DNA of 63,465 nt, filler included, from Octopus bimaculoides (taxonomy: Eukaryota), in NCBI RefSeq assembly GCF_001194135.2. It is 5 parts of 5 records of this genome, joined end to end, with 100 filler letters (N's around TTAATTAATTAA, not from the genome) between each part and the next. Parts side by side here need not be neighbours in the genome. Positions count along the whole stretch, not along the records: positions 1 to 26,865 come from NC_068992.1; 4 more parts are not named here. One strand, written 5' to 3'. The notes under the pieces were generated by a model that did no database searches, was not told the origin of the DNA, and worked only from the letters and a program-made list of their open reading frames with translations. The first letter of the stretch is position 1; the number at the start of each line of letters is the position of its first letter. The position numbers were made by a program, and so were the translations under genes. This document shows positions 12,481 to 25,131 of this stretch, piece after piece.

Positions 12481-13086
12481 GTTACAAAATCAAATATTAC
12501 AATAACAACAACAACTATTAATTGAGCTACAGTCGGCGTAGTCCGAGGAGGAGCAGAAAGTAAGGCTTTTCACTACGCAAGGTAGCTCCTGCCGAACATA
12601 AGCGTAACTGTAACTTTATCAAAAACGTCGAGTGAGATTGGTTTCAAAGAAACCGTGGAACTGCTTTCAAAAATATTTTGTGATAGAAGTTTATTAATCA
12701 ACTCCGGAATGGAGTGTTGGAAATTAGCAAAGAAATAAGGAGGATGATTTAATCACCTACGCCGGGGAAGTCAACCGTATGTACGAAAATTTCAAACTCC
12801 AGTATCTCACTCAGGATGTTCAAATGACTTATCTTCGCCCAAGGACTATCGCACCTGGAGATAGTGAAATTCAGGCAAAGATTCTCTCGAAAATGGAGCA
12901 AGCGAACCAAGATGTATCTCTACACATCATCACAGAAGAATATCAAACTATGGTAAAGTTTAAACATGATGTGAAAAATACAAGATAATGGTTCTTCAAA
13001 AATTCAAATGTGTCGTCCCAAGAAACACAAAAAATAAAATGTGTGAGGCCCCAATCCGTGTCATGGCTGTGGATTCCTACACTACA

Positions 13087-13202
13087 AAAAGTATTGCCCG
13101 TTTACAAACAATAAGTACTATAGTTGTCAGAAGCTAGGCCACAAAAGTATTGCCCGTTTACAAACAATAAGTACTATAGTTGTCAGAAGCTAGGCCACAA
13201 AG
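13087..13202 (+). repeat. 56-bp tandem duplication in the gypsy gag knuckle region
   Basis: aaaagtattgcccgtttacaaacaataagtactatagttgtcagaagctaggccac x2. The period of 56 causes a frameshift. Confidence 0.95.
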
Positions 13203-13890
13203 TTCTCAATGTAGAACATGATTACGACGCTCAAGCACAAACAGTTGTGAGGTGTTTTCAACGGAGATTGATTGCAACGGGAAAACCAGAAAATTCGTGC
13301 ACATAGAAATAAATTATATAAATATCAAATTACAGTTAGACACAAGTAGTGACATCTCGATTATAAATGTGGATACTTGGGATAAAATTGGCAAATCGAG
13401 ATTACGTAAAACAGCGAAAATAGCGCGTGGTGTAACAGGCGATAAATTAATCGACGTCACATTTCGAGGAGAGACACGCGAACCAAAAATATTCGTTGTG
13501 GATAATACAATAAATCTTTTTGGCACAGATTGGTTAGAACTATTCGATTTATGTCATCTCCCCATCAATCTTTATTGCAATAACATAAATGGTTGTCCCA
13601 TTAAAAACAAGTCTTCGGGAGAACTGAAGAAAAAACTGAAAAAAATATTCCCGCGTGTGTACCAGAGGATTTAAGTCTATGTAGAATGACGGAAACCTAT
13701 TTGTAAGTAGTTGAAAACGTTGTATTTGTATTTAAAACAAGCAGAAAAGTAGCGTTTGCGGCAACTGAAATCGTAAATGAAGATTTGGACAAACTCAAAA
13801 AGAGTGGAGTTATCAAAAAGGTGGATTACTCGAAGTGGGCGGCACCCACGGTATGTATTTAAAAAAAATAAGATTAGGCTGTGCGCCGAT

Positions 13891-14237
13891 TTACTCTTTT
13901 ACTTATTTCAGTCATTTGACTGCCGCCTAGCTGGAGACCGCCTTTGTAGTCGAGCAAATCGACCTCAGAACTAATTCTTTGTAAGCCTAATACTTATTCT
14001 ATCGGTCTCTTTTGGCGAACCGTTAAGTTACGGGGACGCAAACACAGCAGCATCAGTTGTGAAGCGATGCTGGGGTACAAATAGACACACAAACATATAC
14101 ATATATATACATATATACATACGTACATACATACGTATATATATATATTTATATACGACGGGCTTCTTCCAGTTTCCGACTACCAAATCCACTCACAAGG
14201 TTTGGTCGGACCGAAGCTATAGTAGAAGACACTTGCC
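13891..14237 (-). mobile_element. Composite SINE BC lacking its 5' head, embedded in gypsy pol
   Basis: C module 13891-14090, internal (TA/CA) tract, and a B module ending at agtagaagacacttgcc. Confidence 0.9.
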
Positions 14238-14604
14238 GGTAAAATATCAGTCGTGGCCAGAGACAGAGACTCCACGGTCTAGGTTACACATTGACTATTC
14301 TGGACCGGTAAACGGCGCTTACTACCTAATCGTAGTAGATAGTTGTACAAAGTGGCCGGAGGTTTGCAGGTACTATATACTAACCTCTAAGACAACTATA
14401 AAGTTCTTATACGAATTGTTTGTGCGATACGATGTCTCTGACACACTAGTTTTAGACAACGAAATGCAGTTTTCTGGGTATGAATTCAAGCAGTTTTGTA
14501 AAAGGCATGCGATAGAGTATATTTTTGCTGCACCCTACAACCCAAGGTCAAACGGGCAGGTAGAAAGATTTTTTCACACTTTTCACAGTGTTGAGAAATG
14601 CTAG
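14236..14604 (+). pseudogene. Gypsy integrase catalytic core (rve) remnant
   Basis: HIDYSG...DN..QF...SNGQVERF pattern, i.e. the D,D(35)E core. Confidence 0.9.
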
Positions 14605-15444
14605 GAATGAATTAAATAACGGCGAAGCACTGACAAATTTCTTAAGAATATACATAGTGACCCTCAATCCAAGTACAAATTCAGGAAACTCTCCCGCACA
14701 ATTGATGTTCGCAAGAAGAGTAAAATCTATTTTTGATAAGCTATTGCTAAAGAAATAAGTGGTAAAGAAAATACGAAAGAGCCTAGGAAATACGTTGAGA
14801 TAATGTGCATTTCAAAAACTATAGAAACGGTAAAAACGGGAAGATGGCTGGGAAGATGGCTTTGTTATCAGAAAAATTGGAAGTATGGTGTATCTAATTA
14901 AAAGGTCACACTGTTAACATAAGAGTGATATAAATCTACTAAGGTTCCTCTGGAACACGGAATCTGACAAGTGGAGATGTGCGAGAGTACGCCGCCTCCT
15001 GGCAGGAATGAACTAGACCATTGCACTTAAATAATAGCAGTCTGTGTAAGGGAGGTGACCCGTGCTACTTCCATAGTTTGTGTGTTGATAGTTCAAAGTT
15101 GTTACGTTCCGTGTTGTTACTAACGGTTTTTTTTCGGTTACAATGTTATTACAATGTTGCAGTGAATTTATTTTCCCATAAGGATATAAGAGAGACCCAT
15201 TTCATTCCTTTGTTTCGTTAGCTTTTTGGCAAGTTTGTGGAATGGAAACGGAAATGAAAATAAAGATAATGAAAATGGTGCATCAGAAACAATAAACAAA
15301 ATACACTGTATTTAACTGCAAGACGTAAAATTTTAAAAAATGGTAAGAGGCTATTTTTCGGGAATTAAACGATACGTTATCAAAATTTAAATAAAAAAAG
15401 AACCAATATAGTTATGCGTGTGTGTGAATGTATACATACACAAT

Positions 15445-15496
<52 letters not shown>

Positions 15497-15937
15497 AAGA
15501 GAGAGAGAGGGAAGAGAGTTTAATATATGTATATATATGTATGTGGAGAAACTACGCAGTATTTTCAATTTCCTCTATTCGGATTGGTATAATTTCAGAA
15601 ACTTATTGTACTATTTCAGTTAAGAATGAAACATATTCATTGAACACCTTATAAATTTGGCCATTAAAGCAGCCATAAAATCAAATGATTTTATAAGATT
15701 GGCAAATAGTTTCACTTGAGAAATTAGCGAAACGTTATTGACAGTGATAGAAAATAGCATTTACTTCATTAACCATATTATTTTCGGTTTACGATTCATT
15801 TGTTTTCCTTCTTTGAGAAATCGAAATATTTAACGAACTACGATATTACCTCTGCGTTGCGCACTCATGCACACACTCTGTATAATGTATGTAAATGTAT
15901 GTATGTATGTATGTATGAATATATATATGGGTATACA

Positions 15938-15971
<34 letters not shown>

Positions 15972-16439
15972 GTATAAATGTTCTTTTTGTGTATATAGGG
16001 AGAGATAGAGCCCCTCTAACAAAGAACCAACTCATTTCTTTCTGTCAAATAATAATCACTTCTAATTTGGGCATAAGAAGTGACATTAATTAGAAGGGCG
16101 GAAATCAGTCATACCCAGTCGGTCGTTGGTACTTTATCGCACGCGGAGGGACAGATCACAGGCAAGCACATATTTCCATGCTCTTGCATGATGATTGCAA
16201 TGATCCATTAAACTGTGTATCCAATATTTTCCTGAGAAAATCTTAGTTCTAACATTCGTGGTACCATTATCGAATGCTGTTCTAATCGTCTTCGTATTCA
16301 AGGCGTGGACATCAGTATCGCATGTTCTAGGACTCGGTTGTGAATTTGGTTTCTTTGGGGGTAGAGGTGGCAGAAGTCAGGCAATCAGTGCACGAGATGC
16401 TAAATCACTGCTGCTTTATTCCTTTACAGCTACGTAAAC

Positions 16440-16540
16440 TAGAACCACGTAAAATGAAGTGTTTCGTTTAAGAACACAACGCATACCCCAGTTTGGGAAT
16501 CGAAACAGCGATTTTGCAATCGTGAGCAGCACACGCATTG
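16440..16540 (-). mobile_element. SINE family G fragment
   Basis: cacgtaaaatgaagtgtttcgtttaagaacacaacgca...gggaatcgaaac matches 43985-44045. Confidence 0.65.
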
Positions 16541-16980
16541 ACAAGGCCCATTAGTACATGAGCAAAATAATTAATTATAGAAAGCTTCTTCAGAACTTTC
16601 GAAATTTAAGATCACCAGAACAGACATGTCTACTATGGCCATTTCTCTGAACCTTTCACGTTTGACTTAAAGAAGCACCAAGGGTAGAACAACAAACAAG
16701 AGAGAGGACTGCGCCAACTCCCGGCCGGTAATAAATTAAACTTACGTGGTAAAGTGAAACCTGTAATTAAGCGACTTTCTCAAAGACAATGGCATCGTTC
16801 TTTGCAGGTAATTTTGCATGCAGTAAGTCGGACCTAATGTGACGTTTCTGACAGTTGTTCTGTTTAATTCGTACAAACCTAAGAAAATTATGTAGCAACA
16901 ACCCTATACAAACACATACACGTATATATACGGAGCGGGTCCGAAAAGAGCCGAACTATAGGGCAACGGAAATTGCTGAA

Positions 16981-16992
16981 ACTGACGTCAGT
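16981..16992. promoter_or_regulatory. Full palindromic CRE (TGACGTCA) within the 12-bp palindrome ACTGACGTCAGT
   Basis: The motif is present, with an identical 12-mer at 41947-41958. Function is untested. Confidence 0.3.
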
Positions 16993-17182
16993 ATTAATAA
17001 TACGTGATCGGCACTTTTTGGACATTTATGATCTCTGTTAGTGTATATATTTTCATTAGGGCGGTTTAGCTCTTTTTTCTAGCATTCTAAGTGTTTCCTA
17101 ACATCTTAGTCACATTTAGTGACAATTATGATTCTGCTTTAGTTACACATTGCAAACTGCTGTTTATATCAATTTGGTACAT

Positions 17183-17237
<55 letters not shown>

Positions 17238-17739
17238 NNNNNNNNNNNNNNNNNNNNNNNNNNNNNNNNNNNNNNNNNNNNNNNNNNNNNNNNNNNNNNN
17301 NNNNNNNNNNNNNNNNNNNNNNNNNNNNNNNNNNNNNNNNNNNNNNNNNNNNNNNNNNNNNNNNNNNNNNNNNNNNNNNNNNNNNNNNNNNNNNNNNNNN
17401 NNNNNNNNNNNNNNNNNNNNNNNNNNNNNNNNNNNNNNNNNNNNNNNNNNNNNNNNNNNNNNNNNNNNNNNNNNNNNNNNNNNNNNNNNNNNNNNNNNNN
17501 NNNNNNNNNNNNNNNNNNNNNNNNNNNNNNNNNNNNNNNNNNNNNNNNNNNNNNNNNNNNNNNNNNNNNNNNNNNNNNNNNNNNNNNNNNNNNNNNNNNN
17601 NNNNNNNNNNNNNNNNNNNNNNNNNNNNNNNNNNNNNNNNNNNNNNNNNNNNNNNNNNNNNNNNNNNNNNNNNNNNNNNNNNNNNNNNNNNNNNNNNNNN
17701 NNNNNTATATATATATATATATATATATATGTGTGGGGT

Positions 17740-17882
17740 AAACTTCTTTCACCTTCCATCTACCAAATCCACTCACTAGGCCTCGGTCTGCGGGAGGGTG
17801 GAGTAGTAGACGCTTGCCCCGGGTGCCACGCAGTGGAACTGAACCTGGTAGTATGTGGTTGAGAAGCAAGCTTCTTACCTTG
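17740..17882 (-). mobile_element. SINE module B (tRNA head plus CORE-like segment)
   Basis: ccatctaccaaatccactcac..ggc...cttgccccgggtgccacgcagtgg.actgaacc. Confidence 0.8.
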
Positions 17883-19112
17883 ACGTATGTTTACAGTCAT
17901 AGTCACACACATATTTTGTATATGCATGTATATATGTGCATACAGCATGTATATAAGTATTGTAATGGCGTGATTCTTATAGTTAACGTTCTTCAGTTGA
18001 ACAACTGACACTGTTGTACAACGTGTACTACGTATATTTCTTAGTATTATATGTGTGTGTGTTCGCCTATGTGTCTGTGTTTTGGTTGAGTGTATTGAAA
18101 TATATACTTACGTATACTCATTGTGTGTGGTTAAGTCTGTGAAAATATATTTGTGTCTCGATCTGCAAGTATTTGTTTGTATGAGTGTATGAATAATCCA
18201 TGTATATTGCCGCACTCCTTTATATGGCTATTTACACAAGCATATAGCTTTGTGTTTTTTTGTGTTTTTGAAGCAGAAACACGCAGTAGGGTTTATTCAA
18301 TTAAGCTGTCATTTGTATGCACACATATCAATATGGACAAATAAAAATAAAAATATCAAATAGATTGATGTTGGAAGGAAGACTAAGTGAAATATAGAGG
18401 GGTGTGAAAGAGACAAACCGACAGACAGAATAGTACTTTCCAAATAGAAGGATACATTTATCCATTATTGTTTAAATTGTATTTTATTATTTAACGCTGC
18501 TAAATTGAATATAATAGGTTTTTCTCCATGTTAAATTACAATCTTTTTGCTGGACGGATAGAAATAACAGAAGCTAAAATTAAATTTAATTTGATATTTG
18601 TTACAGGGAATAAATCTTTCGTTTCCAGTTTTCGAGATATTGATAATGTATCCTTTTGAGAAATAATTGCCAAAATTATGTTGCTGAGTATTTTAAAATT
18701 ATTTAAACGAAAATATCAGTATTTTGGATAATACCATTTAGCTGCTGATAAAGAAAATTATCATGAAATTCTGTAGATAAACTATTACATTTTCTTTTTC
18801 ATTTCCTATTTCGCTATTGCTTATTTGGGATTTGATGATATGTGAATTTGTATAAACATGCATAAACACACACACACACACAGACACATATATATATTAT
18901 GGAACACATAATAAATGTATATAAAATTATATGTATATATATATCTTCGTCTATCTCTCTGTCTCTCTCTGTCTCTCTGTCTCTCTCTGTCTCTCTGTCT
19001 CTCTCTGTCTCTCTGTCTCTCTCTCTCTTTATANNNNNNNNNNNNNNNNNNNNNNNNNNNNNNNNNNNNNNNNNNNNNNNNNNNNNNNNNNNNNNNNNNN
19101 NNNNNNNNNNNN

Positions 19113-19157
<45 letters not shown>

Positions 19158-19564
19158 GGCACACACAAAATATACATATATTTGAATGCGTATACACGGG
19201 TGTGCTTCCTTGTTTAGTTTTATGCCAACGTATAATAGAAGCAATTCAACATTAAACTGAAGCATTACTCGATACTTTTTGTAGACCACATATTTGTTAT
19301 TTTTACTGTAAACGAATAATATTTGTATTTGTTTTCTCAATGATGGCTTTCAAATACGACTTATCATGTTCACTGAACCTGAAAGATTCATTTGAGACGT
19401 AGGGCACGTTATATAAATTTGCCGATTTTATTGTGTCTTCATGGTGTGAAACTATTAGTAGCTTTTCTTTAAAATACCGTTTACAGTGAATGATATCTAT
19501 CTCTCAGTGAATGGAGTATTTGTTTTTCTAACTTACCTATAATAGAACAGTACATTATACATGA

Positions 19565-19608
<44 letters not shown>

Positions 19609-19773
19609 GAGAGATAGAGAGAGAGTGTGTGTGTGTTCATGTATATAGAAAAGCTTCGCCCTAACTTCCTAGCGATTCTGACACGCCTACGCAGTTCCAG
19701 ATGAGCACTGGGGTCGATATAACCAACTAGCACCCGCCCCCAAATCCCAAGCATTTTGCCTTTACTACAGAGA

Positions 19774-20223
19774 ATTATTATTGTTATTGAGTGAGACAGC
19801 AGTGGACGCCATCAAAGTGACACTGGGGTAAAATATACGAAGCCCAGTATACCCATCTTGACTACATGTCTGATAAGGGTACACCAGGCACATGCATCAC
19901 AACCGTATGTGCGCGACATGGTAATCTCATATCAAAATAAACAACGCATGACATTGCAGGTGGGGCCCAGTTAGAATTTTATTCAGATCGAGTATCCCAA
20001 CCCGCTCAAAAGGTCCCTAGATAAGGGTTGTTTAAGGATGATGAACAAAACGCCCGTATTTTCAAATCTGAATTATCCAAACCGCAAAGTATTCCTCTCA
20101 ACACATGGCTATGATGCTCCCCTACAAGTTCTGCTCGTGATCAGAGATGCACATAATTTCAGTCACTAAGGGACATGCTCAACTGGTTAAGGTCAAACAA
20201 CTGACAAGAAAATCTGTGGTATT
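19774..20223 (-). mobile_element. Interspersed repeat family E (~450 bp, (AAT)n tail), class unresolved
   Basis: Reverse complement of 49095-49484, for example the shared ctgctcgtgatcagagatgcacata and ctaagggacatgctcaactggttaagg. Confidence 0.8.
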
Positions 20224-20225
20224 AT

Positions 20226-20475
20226 TATTATTTTTATTATTTGATTTTTATCATGCGCTTTCACTGCACTACTGAGCAAAGTTCTGTGTGTCCTGGTTAT
20301 GCGCTCTGGTTTATTTCAGTGCTGTTATTTTCACTGTATTGAAAGCGATTGACGTAGGATGTGTGCGGGTCCCAACTAGTCCTGATATTTTGCCGCTACG
20401 TTTGGATGGATTTTGATCATACTTAATGCACTTATTATAGCAGCGATCGTTTCTGTTTTAAGGCTTCCGTTCCTG
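20226..20475 (-). mobile_element. 3' end of an REL-type (R4/Dong-like) LINE, degraded
   Basis: The minus frame SLKTETIAAIISALSMIK...LGPAHILRQSL resembles the ...IVGALG...LLGTAHILRK.L C-terminus. A short UTR and an (AAT) tail follow. Confidence 0.5.
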
Positions 20476-20493
20476 TTATCTCTCTATTTCCAT

Positions 20494-20524
<31 letters not shown>

Positions 20525-20543
20525 ACATCATCAACATCACCAC
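20494..20543 (+). repeat. (CAT)n microsatellite
   Basis: Direct reading of the sequence. Confidence 0.95.
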
Positions 20544-22204
20544 TATGATTATTATTTAAATATCAAATTAACGATATCTGCAAATGAGATACATAAATGC
20601 TACATGTATCCTATTTCATTAATATATATATTTCATTTTTAAAAATTCTGTCTTCGTACTTAACTGACACCTGCCGATTGTTTTACTTTCCTAATGTTTC
20701 AAATATTTGTTATTGAATCGCTGTCCATTAGACACACTTAATTGTAAATTCCGTAGCATTAAATTGATGTGAGATATAATTACTCAGCATAGTATATCTT
20801 CCTGTAGAAGTGAAGATATTGGAATATAAAAGGCGTTCTTAACTTCATGCAAGTAAAATGCTTGTCAATTTCTGTTGTTGCTGACAAAGAACACGTGTAT
20901 ATATGCATGAATATACATTCAGACATACAGTTCTGCTGCGTGCGCGCGCGCGTGTGTGAGTGTGTGTGTGCGTGTGTGCGTGCGTGCATGTGCGTGGTTC
21001 TCTCTGCTGATTAGTTTCGTAGTTCAATTAAAATTAGTGCTTCCCAAAAGACTTTGGTATTGCATGTATGCACATATAAAAAATATATATATTGCGTACA
21101 AATACACATGTATACATACATTATGAACAAGCGCTTTCCACACACAGATACGTATATATGTACATGTAAGTATTTCAGTCATTATATTTGAATAGAACTT
21201 TTACTTTACGGGATATGTTAGTGATGTCTTCTCGAAATCCTGCATCGACGAAAGCTAAATGAACGCAGGCTAACAAGAAATCACTACGGAATATATCATC
21301 CACGCATGATTTATCTTAGAGATTAGAAGGATTATCTGTCTACTGTCAGTAATTTAATCTGAAGATCCTGTGCTCCAAGCAACTATTCGCATATCTCTTA
21401 GACATATTGGAAAATATAACCGATTAATATATTTTATTCAATTGAATATACAGATTCCTCTTTCATTACGCAAATCTTCTGTGCAGTATAATATATAACA
21501 ATTTCATTACATTAACGTAACTCCTTATAATTGAAATATTTAATTCAATCTAATTAATTGCTAAGATTTTCCTCATATCATTCACGTTTCAATGAAAATC
21601 TTTCAATTCATCTTTAAAGGATAAATCACCATCAAATGAACCAATTTTATTTCCTGTAACCAGTTGCACAAATCTTACACTGACATTAATTTTTTCCCTA
21701 TTTTTCCCGTACAGATAATTGATCATATTTGTATGTAAGATATTTCCTGAAAATAGAATTTCATACAGGTGTAAAGCTTCCAACAATATTACATAACTTT
21801 TGGAACAATTGAAAGAATTCGTTTTTTGTTATGTCAGGAAATTAAAGAAATTTTGTTCCTACTCTCTTCTGTTATACAAACGATTACCAGGTACTTTTGA
21901 ATATGTTAAAAAAAATCCACTCTATATTGACGGTGGGCGGAATGGAATATCGAACTGTTCATGTGTTTCTCAAATTCATTAGCAGCATTGACTTTATTAA
22001 ATGAATATCATCTAATTGAACATACCTTTCAAACTTAATTTAAACTGTACGGTTTTTATCACACTGCTGTCCTTTTTCTAATACAAATGTGTTACATTCT
22101 GAAGTAAAGAACCAGGAAATTATGGATTTGCACAAAACGAGCAAATTAGAAAATGATACGCAAACCTCAACCAAGAGTTCAAGCGTATTGGCATCTAGAA
22201 TAAC

Positions 22205-23030
22205 TTCTTTATTAGTTTCAGTTCGAGAGTTGTAGCCATGCCGGGGAACCGCCGTTATCTTTGCTAGTATTTCACTACTTCAGATATTTACTGATATGCG
22301 GCATTTGAATGTTGTTCTTATCGGTGTTTCTTGCCACCAGACAGGCTCATCCAGAAACCTTGAAAGATGAACATCAAGTTTGGTTTTGAAGACGCCTATA
22401 TCCACCCTATTTAGGTCACTTTGGCTTTTTGGGAAGATACTGCAGCACTGTGGGCCCTTGACACCGAAGTTGTTGCAATATCTGGTCTTGTATCCTGATG
22501 GCAATGTTGGGAGTTTTGGTAGTATGCAGTGGCACCCCAATCAGCTGTTTGAGTAATTTTTCAATGCCAAAGTTTGGCACAATTTCTTCTGGGATATTCC
22601 AGATGTATATTACTGGATATCTTTCCTGCCATCGTTCTACGGAGTAGCCTTAAATTTTTCAGTCTCTCCCGTCTGCCCTTTATCGCCAACAGAATAGCGT
22701 GCATCTGGAAGACCATTGATTTTGATTCGGGGACTGCAATCCATCCTGGGCCAGTGTATCCTGTTTGTTTTCATTTAGCTTCGTGTGTTGGTCGCGCATG
22801 GCTTGAAATTTGCCTGTATTAACCTGCCTGTTATTGTCCTCAGTCCACTTGTACATTGCGTCGAACTCTTGCTGCAGGTGCGCAATAACTCCAGGGTTCT
22901 GTATTCCTCAGAGAGACTTTTGCGGCATATGCATAGCTAACAAGGATGGCTATCTGAGCAGCTGAGTTCATGTGTGAGAGAGCCATTACGGATAGTAGTG
23001 GCTCGAAGACAGTACTCTGAGAAATATATC
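22205..23030 (-). mobile_element. 5'-truncated CR1-like LINE (RT end plus 3'UTR), degraded
   Basis: QSTVFEPLL...ILVSYAYAAKVS (decayed PQG..LGP and YADD motifs), and TRYCNNFGVKGPQ...VFKTKLDVHLSRFLDEP. 3' tail ggcggttccccggcatggctacaactc. Confidence 0.85.
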
Positions 23031-23499
23031 TATAAAAATATATCTTTTGAAAATATATCAAGTTAATGGTGGTTTTCGTAACAAAATATCGTTACGAATG
23101 ATTTTAGTAATGAAATATTTAATACATTCAGCGCTTTAAGAAGTTTTAGAGTATTGATTAGTTGACAACGAGAGCTAAGAATATATAGAAGTTACGAAGT
23201 AACTTGTTTGATATTCTGATATAAACATTATAAAATATTTTTTTGATATGAACAATCACGAAATTTTCTCTTTTCTTAAAATAGACACAATATGCTACTA
23301 CAGAATAATTTTGTTGCTTACTCAGTGATAGTCTAAGACTAGATGTTTTACGACTTCACACTACATAAATGTGTATAAAACTAAATATTGTCTGCATTGA
23401 AATTATTAATTGCAGAAGTTTCTTGTATGTTTTGACCTCTTTCTCGGGCTTATTAGCGAAGCACATACACACACACGTACGCACATACATATACATAGG

Positions 23500-23543
<44 letters not shown>

Positions 23544-23564
23544 TTATTACAATAACAAGATATA

Positions 23565-23734
23565 CAGTAAATTGTTGTAATAAAAAAAAATGGTACCCCG
23601 AGTTTCAGATTACCATAATCAGACTAGGTATACAACAAAATTGTCTGAAACTCTGAAAAATAGATTTCAAAAGTGAATCTTAACGCTAAAATTAACTGAA
23701 ACTCGGGGTACCATTTTATTACAACAATTTTCTT
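23565..23734. mobile_element. Short TA-flanked MITE (Tc1/mariner-pogo style)
   Basis: aattgttgtaataaaa(A)ntggtaccccgagtttcag (23570-23608) versus ctgaaactcggggtaccattttattacaacaatt (23696-23729). The left terminus is TA|CAGTAAA. Confidence 0.75.
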
Positions 23735-23827
23735 TATATCCCCTCATTATAACAATTCAACTATCCTCTATATTTGATATATTTAGGTGTCATTCTGTTT
23801 GTGTATACTTCAATACAGCAATGTATA

Positions 23828-23886
<59 letters not shown>

Positions 23887-23916
23887 GCACACACACACAC
23901 ATATATATATATATGC

Positions 23917-24250
23917 ACTAGCAGAAACACCCGGCGTTGCTCGGCGTTAAAAGGGCATAGTTTGTATATAATACATTACAGTTATGTTGAAGCAGGTGAT
24001 ATGGGAAGGTACAATATTGACAACAAAACATTTGTGGAGCAAATTATGGGCTAATTCGACTAAGCAACATGCTATGCGTCCGTATGGAACATTTCAGGCC
24101 CTAACCTGTGAGGGCTATGTGATCTTTGAACGCACAGAGAAGCTGTCAGTGGATATACTCTCTTTTGCAGCAGTCGGCGCTGTGTCTAACTCGACCCATC
24201 ATCTGAAATATTGACAGCTCCTTCGGGTTTGTTGTCCTACATCACACATA
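23917..24250 (+). mobile_element. Probable 5' part of a non-autonomous Helitron/Helentron (HINE/DINE-like)
   Basis: Starts actagcagaaacacccggcgttgctcgg, resembling the ACTAG...ACCCGGCGTTGCCCGG 5' terminus of such elements. The right boundary is uncertain. Confidence 0.45.
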
Positions 24251-24835
24251 AAGTAAATTTGGAGGAATTGTGGTTGTTCATTTGTGGGTAACAAGGAACC
24301 AATGAGGTGATAGACCTGCCCTTGAAGTTTGACGTCGTCGTATAATTATGTTTATCTATCTTCTTAGATGCACCGAACGATGTCATTTGCAGAGTTGGGA
24401 TAAGAAATGCTGCATAGGATAAGAAATACGGATTATGTCAAGGGATTAATAACTTAAACTACATCTTTCAACATGCAGCCAAACTTCACGGATGCAGCAT
24501 TCACGTATATTCATCAATAAGATCGAAAATTACACTAAACATAATGGAATATTGTGCCGATATATAGATGGGATACATAATATTTAGAGAGTTAATAAGA
24601 AACTCTTTAACATGGTTTCATATATTTCTAACATTCTCAGTACTTCATTTCCTGTGAATTAAATTACAAAGGAAATCACTTTTTTCACTTAGTGTTTTAT
24701 AACAGTGAGATATCAACTTACATAGTGTTCTTCTTTAATAACATATTTCTGCTTATTTATTAGCTTATTAGCTTCTGGCAGAGAATAAGTAAAAATAGGG
24801 AGCCCCCTCACACACATTTATATATTTGTCTATAC

Positions 24836-24836
24836 A

Positions 24837-24913
<77 letters not shown>

Positions 24914-25055
24914 CTCTATATATATATAATGACGTTTTTTACACACTACGCGCATATAACTGTTGCCAACATTCTGTGAAAATTTCGTTGAATAGTAATG
25001 AATAGTGTTTAAACGAAACAAAAAACTGTTACGTCGTTAATAATTTGAATCGCAG

Positions 25056-25128
<73 letters not shown>
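24836..25128 (+). repeat. (TATC)n and (TA)n microsatellites
   Basis: (TATC)n at ~24836-24912 and (TA)n at ~25058-25128. Confidence 0.9.

Positions 25129-25131
<3 letters not shown>

Larger units (their letters stand above)
12520..15060 (+). mobile_element. Internally deleted Ty3/gypsy LTR retrotransposon remnant (gag, protease, RT start, integrase)
   Basis: Gag-like region with a Cys/His knuckle. Protease IKLQLDTSSDISIIN. RT start GVIKKVDYSKWAAPTV..KIRLCAD. Integrase core WPETETPRSRLHIDYSGPVNGAYYLIVVDSCTKWPEV...LDNEMQF...APYNPRSNGQVERF. LTRs not confidently located. Confidence 0.9.

Noticed and set aside
11255-13202. 24-bp and 56-bp direct repeats as CRISPR-like arrays
   Set aside because: Only two adjacent units with no spacers, lying inside retroelement ORFs in eukaryotic DNA.
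14059-14604. 181-aa ORF as an intact gene
   Set aside because: The N-terminal ~60 aa are antisense SINE and microsatellite sequence. Only the C-terminal part is a gypsy integrase remnant.
21589-21786. Minus 65-aa ORF after TTTTCAG, and a + strand 16/20-nt microexon at 21715
   Set aside because: The candidates conflict on opposite strands, there is no recognisable homology, and the lengths are within chance expectation. The + microexon is not frame-preserving.
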